Of a DNA stretch of 64,000 nucleotides, positions 46,229 to 58,252 are shown in pieces. The translations under genes and the position numbers were made by a program. Each line of letters opens with the position of its first letter. The first letter of the stretch is position 1. Where the stretch lies: contig SMSO01000004.1 of assembly GCA_004764695.1 (NCBI GenBank), forward strand, positions 124,001 through 188,000, written 5' to 3'. The DNA is from Schizochytrium sp. TIO01 (Eukaryota; Protista; Bigyra: Labyrinthulomycetes). A model generated the notes under the pieces. The model was not told where the DNA came from, searched no databases, and was given only the letters and a program-made list of their open reading frames with translations.

Positions 46229-46965
46229 GTTGCTGCGCTTGTATGGTTTGTATAAAAGGGCGTGGATTCGTGCGGGCGACACTCTCAACGCCACTGGGAG
46301 TGCGCAACGCGGCGATACGTGGGTTGGCTGTGGATGATGGGGAGAATTGATTTGCTTTTTGCTCGGGTGGCCTGCGTAAAGTACGACGGGTTTTTCACTA
46401 GCCGCTTGCTAAGTCAAACCCTACTGACGCACTGTATCTTTTCTCCCAACAAGATGGACCTTTTCATCATCTTTCTTTCCCTTTTCAGCTATGTTTCCTT
46501 TTGGCTCACTATTTCTAATTTTATTGTCATTATTTTATTCAAATTAAGAGAAAAAGGAATATCTAGAAAATATCATGCATGGCGCACCTTTACCTGTAAA
46601 AAAAAATTAAATTTATTTTCAATAGCAATTTTAGATTCACTTTATTATTTTTAATTTTAAACATGTGAAAATAAAATAATATTGGAATGCACAGCGAGAT
46701 GAAAGAAAGCAATTAAAGATTGCAGAACGAGGTGCAGACACCTACCTCTCTTTCTGTAGCACATGCGTGGATTCCAGCGAAGGCTGCCTGGCTCCACCCC
46801 TCTTCGCCCCTGCCTCCTCAGGGCCTCGTCGCCTTTGCTGCCTTCGTCGCGCCCAGAGGACTCGCAGCGGCGTTGAAGTAAACCTCGTCATCGTCATTCG
46901 TTGAGCAAGCGAGCTTTTCCAAATTTACTTTTGTTAGATCCGCTCTGAAGTCCTTCAAAGCCTGC

Positions 46966-47040
46966 ATCAATAAATCAATGAATCAATAAATCAATGAATC
47001 AATGAATCAATGAATCAATGAATCAATGAATCAATGAATG
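46966..47040. repeat. (AATCAATG)n octanucleotide tandem repeat
   Basis: About 9 copies directly visible. Confidence 0.9.
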
Positions 47041-49673
47041 AATTACTCGAGCAATCTCAAGAGCATCGTCTTCGTCATCGCATCGCAGCCGTAGAAGAAG
47101 AGGCCGCTTCAATGCCTCCGGCGCCTCCTCTCATTGCCTGAGCTGCCACGAAAGACGCGAGGTCCAAGAGTTTTGTTGACTTGAAGTTATCAATCAATCA
47201 TTCCTTCACATACATTGCATTTCATTGCATTCATTACATTGCAAATGTTTGTTTGATTGTTTGGTTCATTGATTCATTGATCGTCTTTTCATTTATTAAT
47301 TAATTAATTAATTAATTCATTCATTCACTCATTTCTCTATCGATCTGTCGATCGATCTATTCGACAGAATGTATTCTCTGCATTCGTCGCTGCTTCACTC
47401 GATCGTGGACTCAATCAATCAGTGGCTGGCCAGCTTCCGCACCGCCAGGCCACCCTCAATGCACGCAGCGTTGAGGCGAAGGCGGCGCGAGGGAGAGAGA
47501 GGGAGAGGGAGAGAGAGCGCAGAACTCCGTTCTCTCGCGACACCCTCAGAGCAACGTCGCCGCCGTCCATTCGCCGCAGAGGGAAGAAAGAGAGAGATGG
47601 CCACGCTAACCTAAATCGGCCTCTGCTTCTTAGAGGGAGGCCCGCTTAGTGGCGGTGAAATGGAATGAAATGGAATGAGATGAAATGAAATGGAATGAAT
47701 GAGCGGGAGTGGTTTCCTAGGTAGCAGGCCTTGCTTGCCTGCTTGCCTGCTTGCTTGCTTGCAGATTAGATTGCAGATTGCAGGTTGAAATGGAAAGTAG
47801 CACGGAAAAGGTGAGAAAAAAAGAAAAGAAACTAGGCTTCAGAAGGAGAAGTGCGCGAGAGTGAGTGAGTATTTATTGATTTGATTGAATTCTTTCACTC
47901 ATTCATTCTTTCCACTAAACTTTTTTTTTAAGGTTAGTAACTCTGTCTGAGTGGCTGCTGCTGCTGCTGCTGCTTCTGCACTACCTCGGGCAAACCTCTG
48001 AGTATCGGGGAAACTGAACAACCTGTCTACGCCGCTGTTTGCCCCACTTGCGAGCGGCTATTCCCGACTTCCTGGCCGCGGATAACCGACTTGTACCCCA
48101 CTCCTGCTGTTCCTTCTCTGCGTTTACGCAACGTCCAGAAATACCCTTCTCGTAGATGGCTTCAGCATGTAAAATGGGGCATGCAGGGGTGCCTTCGGGA
48201 AAAGCCGGCTTAACAAGGAGAGAATGTTTCCCCGTGAACCTCCACCTCTCAATCCTGGCCGCTCTTGCTAAGACAATTGGTTATTTCTTCGTGAAAATCG
48301 CCTTCAAGATACGAGCGGACCTCTTTCTCCGCATTCCTGGACTGTTATTCCGTTGAGCCAGCGGCTTATGCTGCCTTCCTTTGGTGCACCCTGAGTGAGA
48401 TTGCTCAATCAGGTGCTCCACTCGAGGATCGTAGAAAGGTCGATCGATCAACCGATAGACGGATTGATCCATGTCTGATTGGCCTCTTCTGTACGCCCTG
48501 TTTCGCACGTCTCATGAGTGAGTTATGTACGTATGTTTGTATGTATGTATAAGTATGTTTATATGTGGATAGATAGATAGAGAAACAGAGAGAGGTTTAT
48601 TGTATTTCGAGAAGCACAGAAGAAAGAGAGAAAGAGAGGAAGGAAGGAAGGAAGGAAGAAAATAATGAAACATGAATAAGAGCAATATGACTCAGAGTAG
48701 CGGCAATGAAATGAGACTTCCGTGGCATAGGGGAGACCTATAGTTTGGGGTAGATAGACAGCCGGTTTGCATTGGAAGCAGGTTTTCAATTTTTTTTTAT
48801 TGGTTTTTTTCATGTTTTCTTAAAAATTGCTTTTTCGGGAGACGAGATTCCGACTCGAATTCGAAGAAGAAGCTTCATTCAGGCAAAATCGCCTTCGCTT
48901 GCTTCGAAAGCAGACCTCGTGAAGAGAAGAGAGGCGGTAAACAGGGTCGAAGCGGGGCCACTCTGTGAAATGGGAAAGCAAGCTCGCGAGAATTTGAGGG
49001 TTTGAAACGAATGCAAGAAAGAGAAAATCGAAAACAAACAAACAAACAAGCAAACATTTTCTGCGAAATCTCTTCTTGAAGCACTTGCTAAGACGGGCTA
49101 CCGGTGGTGCTAAGAGGCGTATTTCTATTCGAATATACAAGGCTCCTTTTACTACATGATTTTGTTTTATCTTTTTTTGTTTTAAATGTTCAATTGAGGT
49201 ACAGTTTCGAAATTTTAAAAATCATTGATATTATTATTATTATACTTATTATCATAAAACTTTAAAAAATATATATATATATATATTTATTTATTATTAA
49301 AATAAAATAAAAAAGGAAAGAAAGAAAGAAAGAAAGAATAAAAGTAACATTTTAAATGTTGAGGTTTGATGATTGGATTTTCAAATTCCTCGAACAAAGT
49401 GAGAAGAAAGAAAAGAAAGAAAAGAAGAGCACCCGTAGTACCTACTGCTATGTACTCCCAGTCCATTGAAAGATAAAGATAAAGATAAAAGATAGAGATA
49501 ATAAAGATAAGCTTGGTGCTGGGCGTGCATAGCATAAACGGTAGGAGTGGTGGCGCTTGGATTGCGCCCTCGAGAAGAGAGGGGAATTCATGGAGGAGAC
49601 GAAGAGGAGGCTTGAACTCGCAGCAAATCCGTAACTTAACATCACACACACTCAAGTCACCCAAGTCAGCAAG

Positions 49674-50867
49674 ATGGCCTCGCGTCTTTCCATGCGTGCC
49701 CTCCGCCTCGCCGGCGTGGCCCAGCGCAGCGCCATGAACATTGGTGTCCGCGCCGCCGCCCCCCGCGCTGCCGTCGCCTCCGTGGCTGCCCCTGCCATGC
49801 AGTCCGTGCAGATGCGCGGCCTCAAGACCCTCAACTTTGGCGGCTCCGAGGAGGACGTCATCGAGCGCTCTGACTACCCCCAGAGCCGCTACCAGGAGAT
49901 GTTCAAGAACGACACCCTCTGCATGCTCGGATACGGTACCCAGGGCCGTGGCCAGGCCCTCAACCTCCGCGACAACGGCATGCCCGTGATCGTCGGTATC
50001 CGCAAGTCCGGTGGCTCTTGGCAGAAGGCTCTTGACGACGGCTGGGTCGAGGGCAAGAACCTCTTCGAGATCGATGAGGCCCTCAACAAGGGTACCGTCA
50101 TCATGTACCTCCTCTCCGACGCTGGCCAGAAGCTCGCCTGGAACCAGGTCAAGCCCCACCTCACCGCCGGCAAGACCCTCTACGTCTCCCACGGTTTCTC
50201 CGTCGTCTTCAAGGACGACACTGGCGTCGTCCCCCCCAAGGACATCGACGTCGTGCTCTGCGCCCCCAAGGGCTCCGGCACCACCGTCCGCAACCTCTTC
50301 CTCGAGGGCCGCGGCATCAACGGCTCCGTCGCCGTCTACCAGGACGTCTCCGGCAAGGCCCAGGAGCGCGTCGAGGCCCTCGGCATTGCCGCCGGCTGTG
50401 GCTACCTGTACAACACCACCTTCCAGAAGGAGACCTACTCCGACCTTGTCGGTGAGCGTGGTGTGCTCATGGGCATGATCGCTGGTGCCTTCCAGGCCCA
50501 GTACGACGTGCTCCGCGCCAAGGGCCACTCCCCCTCTGAGGCCTTCAACGAGACCGTCGAGGAGGCCACCCAGTCCCTCTACCCTCTCATCGGCGCCAAC
50601 GGCTGCGACTGGATGTTTGCCCAGTGCTCCACCACCGCCCAGCGTGGTGCCCTCGACTGGGCCCCCAAGTTCGAGAAGTCCCTCAAGCCCGTCTTTGAGG
50701 AGCTCTACAACGAGGTCGAGAACGGCAACGAGGCTCGCCGCTCCCTCGACATGAACTCCCGCGACGACTACAAGGAGATCCTCGAGAAGGAGCTCAAGGC
50801 CATCGACGAGTCTGAGATCTGGCAGGCTGGCCGCACTGTCCGCAAGCTCCGCCCGGAGAACCAGTAA
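49674..50867 (+). CDS. ILV5: Ketol-acid reductoisomerase, mitochondrial (short, Ilv5-like)
   Basis: Arg/Ala-rich presequence; GYGTQGRGQALNLRDNG, MYLLSDAGQ, SHGF, APKGSG, SDLVGERGVLMG, EAFNETVEE, CSTTAQRGALDW; extreme C/G-ending codon bias. Confidence 0.97.
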   Translation: MASRLSMRALRLAGVAQRSAMNIGVRAAAPRAAVASVAAPAMQSVQMRGLKTLNFGGSEEDVIERSDYPQSRYQEMFKNDTLCMLGYGTQGRGQALNLRDNGMPVIVGIRKSGGSWQKALDDGWVEGKNLFEIDEALNKGTVIMYLLSDAGQKLAWNQVKPHLTAGKTLYVSHGFSVVFKDDTGVVPPKDIDVVLCAPKGSGTTVRNLFLEGRGINGSVAVYQDVSGKAQERVEALGIAAGCGYLYNTTFQKETYSDLVGERGVLMGMIAGAFQAQYDVLRAKGHSPSEAFNETVEEATQSLYPLIGANGCDWMFAQCSTTAQRGALDWAPKFEKSLKPVFEELYNEVENGNEARRSLDMNSRDDYKEILEKELKAIDESEIWQAGRTVRKLRPENQ

Positions 50868-51910
50868 GAAGTATAATTTTTCTTTATATGCATGCATCAA
50901 ATCTCACAAAGCCCCCTTTGTCTGTTCCCCATCTTCCTCAGCCTTTTTGACCCACATTATATCAAATCAACATCATTGTTGACCTACTAATCAATTAGAT
51001 TTCAACACGCTGTGACCTTCTCTGTTTTTCCTCATTTGTATACTTTTGTTTCTTGTCCCACCACCTAGGTTCTTCTTTCCTCTTGAACCACAAGCAAATA
51101 TACAACTTTACCTATTCATTGTGGCACTGATCCAGTGTTCTACCGGGGACCTAGAGAGCCAATTGTTTCTCCTAATTATCATGGGTTTAAAGTATCTCAC
51201 AAGGAAAACGTATTCTATAACAGCATGAACTTCGCAGAAGTGTAATGCTCGGATTTGGTCATCCTTGCCATTTAGTTCCACTGCACGCCTCATCACTAAA
51301 GCTCCGAACAGTCAGCTTCCTGGAGGAAGGCCAAAGACAGATTCCAGCATAGTATCTCCCTAATATTCATCCACTCTTGCAGATGCAGCTTTACTTTTTG
51401 TGCTCCATTTTTGTGCATGGAACCTGAACGCGTGCCGCGACGGCTATTTCGTACCAGTGCTTGGCTGTGGTGAACCATTCAAGTTCAACCCTTCTCAGAA
51501 GCACACACCTGTCAGGGTGACAAAAACTAAATGAACACGCTCAGAATAGCAGAAAGACGGTATCACACCCCGCGACACCTGCATAGTGTCTTGGCACCTA
51601 TGAGTGGTCATCACTAGTATAATTTTGTGCCCGGGAATGATTCGTCCACCTTCACCCCACTCTAAAGGATGCCAAGCTAAGGGAGCAAAACACACTAGAT
51701 TGACTTCTAATGCAAATAAAAGACACATAAAATCATGTGGTATAGCTGTTGGGTCATGAGTTCTTTGTGTAAACCCAAGAGAATGCACTTCAAATCAAGA
51801 ATAGTTACTTAAAAAAACAAAAAACGAAAAAAACTATTAGTATTATTAATATTATTATTATTATTTAAACAGCAATCTCAACACGAACTTAGAAAGGAAC
51901 CATTCCGTGT

Positions 51911-52939
51911 CTATGTACTTGCGCATTCCATGCCATACGAGTGGTCAATCTCTACCTCATCAGGGCGTAAAATCGCAGACTCAATGCCGGATCCACGGCG
52001 AGTGCGTCCCGCAAACTTCTGAAAAATAGGACCGCTGCGGCATTCATCGCACTGCAGACATGAATTCAAACGATACTCACCGTTTTCCCACTGAAAGTCT
52101 TTGCATGCATTGTCCGGAGTGGTGTTAGGCGCGCGTTGAATTTTGTTTTTGCAGCCCAATGGCGCACTGTACTTCTTGTACGGCTGGCAAAAGTTCACAT
52201 CCCAAATGTTTTTCACTGGGTCGTTGCTCGGGGCGCTTGCATACAATGCGCAAATTCCACCACATTCCTTGGAGGTAGACACCGTATTATAGTACCAGAT
52301 GTACTTGCATGCAGGCTGCGTAAACCCAACATCCTCTAGACAGTTGAGTACAAGAGCTTTGATCTTTTCAGGGGCAAGGAAGGTTAACAAGTTGAGCATC
52401 GCACATTTACGAACTGGTGTGGTCAGGTCTGTCTCGTACAAATAGAGAGACAAGTCCTCCAGCGTTGAGCAAGCACCACAAGGGGTAATATGTGTCATGT
52501 ACACCGTTCCAGACGTGTTGCGAGCAGCGGCGTCTTCAGGCGTCAACGACAGAAGGTTATATTCGATCGTAGCAGAAGAGCTCGATACACGGGCCTCAGG
52601 GTTTGTAAACTCCACATAGCAGTTCATCGTCTCATCAATCACGGTCACGTAACCAGGGTCCTCCGGGTATGGGGTTTCTGTCTCATACGAGGTAAAGCCG
52701 ATGTCTTCGAGCACAGAATCCAAGTTGTTGCAGCTTGTTCTGGTCTTCAAGGTGTCGTAACATTCTTCATTCCATGACAGCTTGCGAGCAATGTCCGTGG
52801 AGGGCGCCAATACCTCCAAAAGGCCCATAGACCTCAAGTTTGACTTCACATCGTGCACGTTCCCCGCCAACGTTGGCACCGACAGGAGTGCAACGACAAG
52901 GCTCGTGGCCAGTATACTCGCACTTGTCACAGTGGTCAT
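51911..52939 (-). CDS. Secreted cysteine-rich protein, uncharacterised family
   Basis: Signal peptide (likely start MTTVTSASILATSLVVALLSVPTLA at 52939). Motifs THITPCGACST..DL..Y, DLTTPVRKC, VGFT...C...W..N, LNSCLQCDE..SGP.F...AGRTRRGSGIESAILRP. Confidence 0.8.
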   Translation of the reverse strand: MTTVTSASILATSLVVALLSVPTLAGNVHDVKSNLRSMGLLEVLAPSTDIARKLSWNEECYDTLKTRTSCNNLDSVLEDIGFTSYETETPYPEDPGYVTVIDETMNCYVEFTNPEARVSSSSATIEYNLLSLTPEDAAARNTSGTVYMTHITPCGACSTLEDLSLYLYETDLTTPVRKCAMLNLLTFLAPEKIKALVLNCLEDVGFTQPACKYIWYYNTVSTSKECGGICALYASAPSNDPVKNIWDVNFCQPYKKYSAPLGCKNKIQRAPNTTPDNACKDFQWENGEYRLNSCLQCDECRSGPIFQKFAGRTRRGSGIESAILRPDEVEIDHSYGMECAST

Positions 52940-54928
52940 CGAGCTTACTATGCCTTTGGCAGCTTTCACCACCAACCAGGACCTTTTTCAATACTTGCGG
53001 TTGTAAGCGCAAACGCGACTTGCCACACGGAGCCTATGCTACCGATGCGGTTCTACACGTAGTTCGGGGTTTGCTTCTGCTGCCGAGTTGCACTCCAAAG
53101 ATTGCTCTTTGTTCAAAATTTTCATTCCCATTCTTTTATCCTGTGCAGCCCATTAATTCCCATACTATGTACATCTATCTATATATGTACATATATATAT
53201 ATAGAGATATTCCCTCTTACAAATGTTGAAGTACCTTTAAAAATTACGGAACAAAAACTGTGTTGCGCAATCGCTCTTTTGCATTACTAATCCATTCAGT
53301 CAGTCAGTCAGTCAGTCGAACTTCGACATCCTTCCTCATCAACGCGCTCCATTCCGAAACCTGCTCCTGGGTCCTGACCGAGCCCGCCCTGAGGCCCAAG
53401 GTCCCTCGGCCTGCTCAGCATCGAAGAAGAAGACCGCAAGAACTCGAACCCTTTTATCTTCTTGAACTCTAAACGTGAAGAATGAATCGTGCATTGTGCA
53501 TTGCGCATTAATTGCGCGTGCATTGTGCATACAGTTTATCTTTCTATCTATCTATCGATCGATCGATCGATCTTTCCATTTACCTTTTAAGGCGGATCTC
53601 TTATTTGCTATCCACAAAGGACACTATTAAGGGGTACGCGCACTCACTCACGCAATTTATTTAACACTTAAAGTTAAATGAAATTAAACAAAAGCGAACT
53701 AAAAGAGGTCTGAAAAGCCGTGAGCGATGGCGACCTTGGCAACGACGCTTGAAGAAGCGGGATTGCGCATTGCAATCCACGCCGAAGGGAGCAGTAGAGA
53801 ACTTTGCGAAGGACGGCCACGTCGAAACGCTGGCGTGGCCGTCGGCGAGGGAGGGAGCAAGTTGAGGGCCGTGGACGCCCAGGAATGCAAACAAACTCGG
53901 GTTCCCGCCTTCAAGTTGAAGCTAGCTAATTAGCTCATCTTATCGATCTCGAGGATCTTCAAGTACGCTTTGAGAACTTGGGGCATGACACGGGAAGAGG
54001 GCGTCAGTGGAGGGCTGGCGGGAGTGCGTAGAGAAAGTAGAAGACGTCGTGTTGAGAGAAAGCGGGACTGGGATTTTGAAGGTGTGCAATCAATGCACGG
54101 CAAGGTCCTCAAAAGCACTCGAAAGCTAGCCTGTACTTGGCCTGGCCTTGACCCCTGCACTTGAAGTGCACGGACGAGATCCAAACCCTCCACATCAAAG
54201 CACATGCGGTACCGTGATAGACCAGGTGGACAGATCTCGTGCTTCGTGACCACGCGAATTTCGGGATGCGGAAAGATCAGATTTTGCTTTCTTGACCCGC
54301 TGTTAGTGCAAAGATGAAGAAGAGACTGGAGGGCGTGGGGCTCTGAAGAATAGCTGTACTGCTATGATCATTTCTAGCGACTGTGCTGTGAGATCACGGC
54401 TCTTCAGCAGATCACCATATATATGACGCGAACCTCTCGTGGCGTGTGCGTGGAGACAAGCATACAACCGTGTGACATAGTGTTGACTTTTATCCACAAG
54501 TTCTGTTCTCACACATGGCGTTTGCCGGTTTTGGGACTCGTGTTTGTTGCAAGGATCGATATAGGGGTTCTCACCAGGGGTTTCGTAGCAATGTGGGAAC
54601 GCTTTATTGAAGACCCTGACAAGCTTTACTTGGTTGGGCTCATTGTTGTGGAGTATATTGATATGAAAATCACAAAGAGGCCACTTTTGAGCCTAGAGTT
54701 TGCGATTACCCAGTATATCTTTTTCTGCAAAAGAAAATAAGTTATTAAATGATTTGATCAAATGAACTATCTGTCATATGCAATCGTTGATGGAATAAAG
54801 AGAAGTAGGGATAAGAATGACGCTCGTCACACCCAGCTCATTTATACAAAATTGCATTTGATAATTGAAGGAGAGACAAAGATTGAAAGAGAAATTGAAA
54901 TTATACCAAAATTACATTTCATCAAAAA

Positions 54929-57900
54929 TCATGCGCGAAAGAGCTCAAAAAGGTCATCCATAGAAAGCTTTTGAATCTTTTGAGAGGATGGATCTAGTGC
55001 CATGGAGTTGTCTTGCAGGGCATCCTGGGCCATTCGTGCCTTGCGTTCTTGCAGTGCTAAAATTCTCTGCTCAACAGTATCAATACAAATCATTCGGTAC
55101 ACATGCACAGGGCGAGTCTGGCCAATACGGTGAACACGGTCGATTGCTTGCTCTTCAGTTTGTGGATTCCACCATGCATCAACAATAAAAACTACCGAAG
55201 CGCTCACCAGGTTTAAACCGACACCTCCAGCTTTCAGACTCACCAGAAATACATTGCACTCGTTGTCGCTATTGAACCTGTCAATCGCCGCTTTGCGCTT
55301 GGCTTGGGTCAGACTACCATCAAGACGTGTATTTGAGATACCTTCTTCATTCAGTGAGCGCTCAATCATATCGAGCATCTTAGTCCATTGTGAAAAAACA
55401 AGAACTTTCACTGGCTTCAGATTTGGACGTAAAGGCTCTCCAAGATACCCTTCGCCAAATTCCTCTTGAGCAGTATTTGTCCATGATGGAGACTTTGAGC
55501 ATAGAACGGTGTTTAGGGCTTTTAGACGTTGCACATGCTGCATCAGTAATTCAAGCTTCGAAGACTTGCGCCACCTTGCCTCCACAGTTGATCGTACTTG
55601 CGTCGTCTCCTCTGCCTGCTGCGATGGCAGTCTCAAAGTATTAATGTCAAGACGCGAAATCTCTTTACGACACACCGGGCAGGTCATAGAATTACTATAC
55701 ACAAAAGTGCCTTCGAGGCAATCTTTACACATAACATGCCCGCACGAAGTGATTACCGCTGTTTTTGGCACATCGAGGCAGATAGGGCAATCCTGCTCTT
55801 TCAGTTTCTCCACATCTTCCAAGGTGCTTACAAGGTAAGCTTGCGAAGAACTTTGCGAACTGTCCGTGTCAGCTGCGCTCCCGCTATTTGCAGCAAATAA
55901 ACGGTCACGCAACTGGGCTACATACTCACGGTCAGAAATTGCCTTCGCTTTAGAGCTCTTCCCACCTGATGGGGTTGCCCCGTCCTCACTGTCAGAAGAT
56001 GAAAGAACCAGAAATGGACTGTCACACGCCTGACGCATTCGCAGCAACAAGGTAAAAATTGCCGCATATTTTGAGTTTGCTGAACCCGTAGCAACCAATC
56101 CATCAAACTCAGCCTTTGAACGGGAATATATAGCATCATAAAACATGCGTTCAGCTTCAGTAAGAACAACATCAATGACATTGAGATGTTTGGGGGGGAG
56201 CTTGTGAGCGATGGAAGTTCCAGTTTGCTCTTCCACGTCACGTTTTGTGCGCCGTAGCATGACTGGGCCATCCGTGAGTACGGAACGAAGGCGCTGCATC
56301 GCAGCGGCGCTTTTCTCTTTATCAAGTTGTTGCTCAAAAGGGATGCGAATAATTTTTGACCACCACGTATAAGAGTTCCACGGTTCGTGTCGCAAGAAGA
56401 GAAACAAAGCATACATATCATCAACGCTGTTTTGCAACGGAGTGCCTGTAAGGCACCATCGAAAACTAGAATCAAGTGCTGCTGCGGCACGTGAAGCGTT
56501 GGTCGTTCTATTTTTCACATTATGCGCCTCGTCCAGGACAACCCGTTCCCACTGAGTGTTAAATAGTGCTGACTTAGGATCCTGAAATTCTGAAGCTACA
56601 ACGCCATAAGTTGTCAACACACAATCATATTGCCCAAAGTGTGTTATGCCCCGTGTACATTCGTCAGAGTGGAACACAAGCACATTCAGCTTGTGCCCTT
56701 CTTTGACCTTATCAGCTATTTCGTTTTCCCATTGACTAACCAGAGATACAGGACAAACAACCAGAGTACCTGGACGAGAAGCAGGTCCACCTAAGATGTT
56801 GAGAGTGCCTTGTTTAATTTTGAAGGCCTTGCGACGCTTTCCTCCCCCGACATTTTCGGCATCCTCGAAACAATTTTCCTCATCCTCGCAACTATCATCG
56901 TCTAGACAGTGTACTTTCGCTGCAGACTTCTGGTCGGCTAAGCGCAATTTGGATCGACTGTTTGAAGCTAGAATTAAAGCAATAACGCACACAGTCTTCC
57001 CAAGTCCCATTTCGTCCGCCAGAATACCACCGCGCAAGGGTTCCACAGTCGGTGGGCTTCCAAATCGAACTTGACGAGTGTATGCATTCACGTAGTACTT
57101 TGTGCCCTTGCGATCACGAAAGGACCGCTCTTGCCAAAGGCTTTCGTCCTTCGATGCTTGCGGTAAGTCTTCACGGTCTAGCATCCAGCGCAATGCCACA
57201 CGTTGGTGAGGGCGGAGTTCCACACTCAAGCCTACCGGATCATCAGCCTCACCATCAAACTTATTTGCACCAAGAGTTTCTTCAATTCCGCGTGCCTCCT
57301 TTTCTGAAAGAGTGAGTACCGAGCCTGCTTCCTCGTTGTTGCTGTTTCCAGGCGATAGTTCCAAGCTCCCAGTAGCACCTATCGCGCATGATCCATATTG
57401 TAAAGGGTTGTTAATTACTTCGCAAAGTTCGAAGAACGCTTGAGCAGTGATATCAGTCCCATCGTTCAGCTTCTTGACGTCTGGGAACTTTTCAAATATA
57501 CTAGGACCCAAAAGGTCAAGGTGCAACAGAATGGGGATCTGTGTGAATGGACGAAGGCTCGGTGGGAAGTAGGCCTGCAATGAGGCGGTTGCGCGGATAA
57601 CACCTTCTTTCATAAGCAAATGCAAATGGCTTGATATCCACTTGGGCAGCCGCCCGATATAGGCTTCATCCTTTCCTTCGCCAATGCTGATACGTACAAT
57701 GGTCTGTTTCACCTTTCGTGAGCGGCCCTTACCAGACCTTTTGTCCATGCAAATCTCGTCAAAAGAAACTTTAAGGCTCATGTTAGGGGAGATGACTGCA
57801 CCAACTTCACCTTCGTCCATTGTTGTGGTTGATTCCGCATCTACAGCAAGAGCACAAAGCCGTTTTGGCCATTGGCGTACCACTGGCCTATCACGCTTGC

Positions 57901-58252
57901 TGGACGACTTGGCACTTGTGCGAGCACTTCCCAAATTCGTTGGATCACGTCTATTCTTTGCATTTCCCAAGTTTCTCTTTGAACTAACTGACACTGCCTT
58001 TTTATTGTCTACATCATCTTCATCGCTGTCAAGGACCATGATCTCGGTATCATTTGATGCAGATTGAGGCGAATTCGTCTTGCCTTTCTTGACGTTTCTG
58101 AATGCCTCGATCCCGCGATCCAGGAATACATTCGCAGCCTGGCTAATATTTCCTCCCACAGACTGGATTAGCTCCTCAAGAACCCGATCATCTACTTGAG
58201 TCTTGGACACGCCAAGAGTTGTCCTCAGCAAGTCTACGTTCGAGTCCATCAT
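54929..58252 (-). CDS. RAD5: RAD5/HLTF-like SNF2 helicase and RING E3 ligase
   Basis: N-terminal UBA-like helices, HIRAN-like IGRLP region, GGILADEMGLGKT, VLDEAH, LTGTPLQN, RING CPICLD...CGHVMCKDC...CPVCR, FSQWT, SLKAGGVGLNL, QAIDRVHRIGQ. Confidence 0.93.
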   Translation of the reverse strand: MMDSNVDLLRTTLGVSKTQVDDRVLEELIQSVGGNISQAANVFLDRGIEAFRNVKKGKTNSPQSASNDTEIMVLDSDEDDVDNKKAVSVSSKRNLGNAKNRRDPTNLGSARTSAKSSSKRDRPVVRQWPKRLCALAVDAESTTTMDEGEVGAVISPNMSLKVSFDEICMDKRSGKGRSRKVKQTIVRISIGEGKDEAYIGRLPKWISSHLHLLMKEGVIRATASLQAYFPPSLRPFTQIPILLHLDLLGPSIFEKFPDVKKLNDGTDITAQAFFELCEVINNPLQYGSCAIGATGSLELSPGNSNNEEAGSVLTLSEKEARGIEETLGANKFDGEADDPVGLSVELRPHQRVALRWMLDREDLPQASKDESLWQERSFRDRKGTKYYVNAYTRQVRFGSPPTVEPLRGGILADEMGLGKTVCVIALILASNSRSKLRLADQKSAAKVHCLDDDSCEDEENCFEDAENVGGGKRRKAFKIKQGTLNILGGPASRPGTLVVCPVSLVSQWENEIADKVKEGHKLNVLVFHSDECTRGITHFGQYDCVLTTYGVVASEFQDPKSALFNTQWERVVLDEAHNVKNRTTNASRAAAALDSSFRWCLTGTPLQNSVDDMYALFLFLRHEPWNSYTWWSKIIRIPFEQQLDKEKSAAAMQRLRSVLTDGPVMLRRTKRDVEEQTGTSIAHKLPPKHLNVIDVVLTEAERMFYDAIYSRSKAEFDGLVATGSANSKYAAIFTLLLRMRQACDSPFLVLSSSDSEDGATPSGGKSSKAKAISDREYVAQLRDRLFAANSGSAADTDSSQSSSQAYLVSTLEDVEKLKEQDCPICLDVPKTAVITSCGHVMCKDCLEGTFVYSNSMTCPVCRKEISRLDINTLRLPSQQAEETTQVRSTVEARWRKSSKLELLMQHVQRLKALNTVLCSKSPSWTNTAQEEFGEGYLGEPLRPNLKPVKVLVFSQWTKMLDMIERSLNEEGISNTRLDGSLTQAKRKAAIDRFNSDNECNVFLVSLKAGGVGLNLVSASVVFIVDAWWNPQTEEQAIDRVHRIGQTRPVHVYRMICIDTVEQRILALQERKARMAQDALQDNSMALDPSSQKIQKLSMDDLFELFRA

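Noticed and set aside
47600-47645. CTAACCTAA as a telomerase template for TTAGG repeats (also CCTAACCT at 14445)
   Set aside because: Matches of 8-9 nt are expected by chance in 64 kb; the host telomere repeat is not visible in this window, and no convincing promoter or terminator is present.
49287-50900. 537-aa minus-strand ORF (likewise 14827-15393 and 37826-38629)
   Set aside because: Antisense shadows of real genes, favoured by codon bias.
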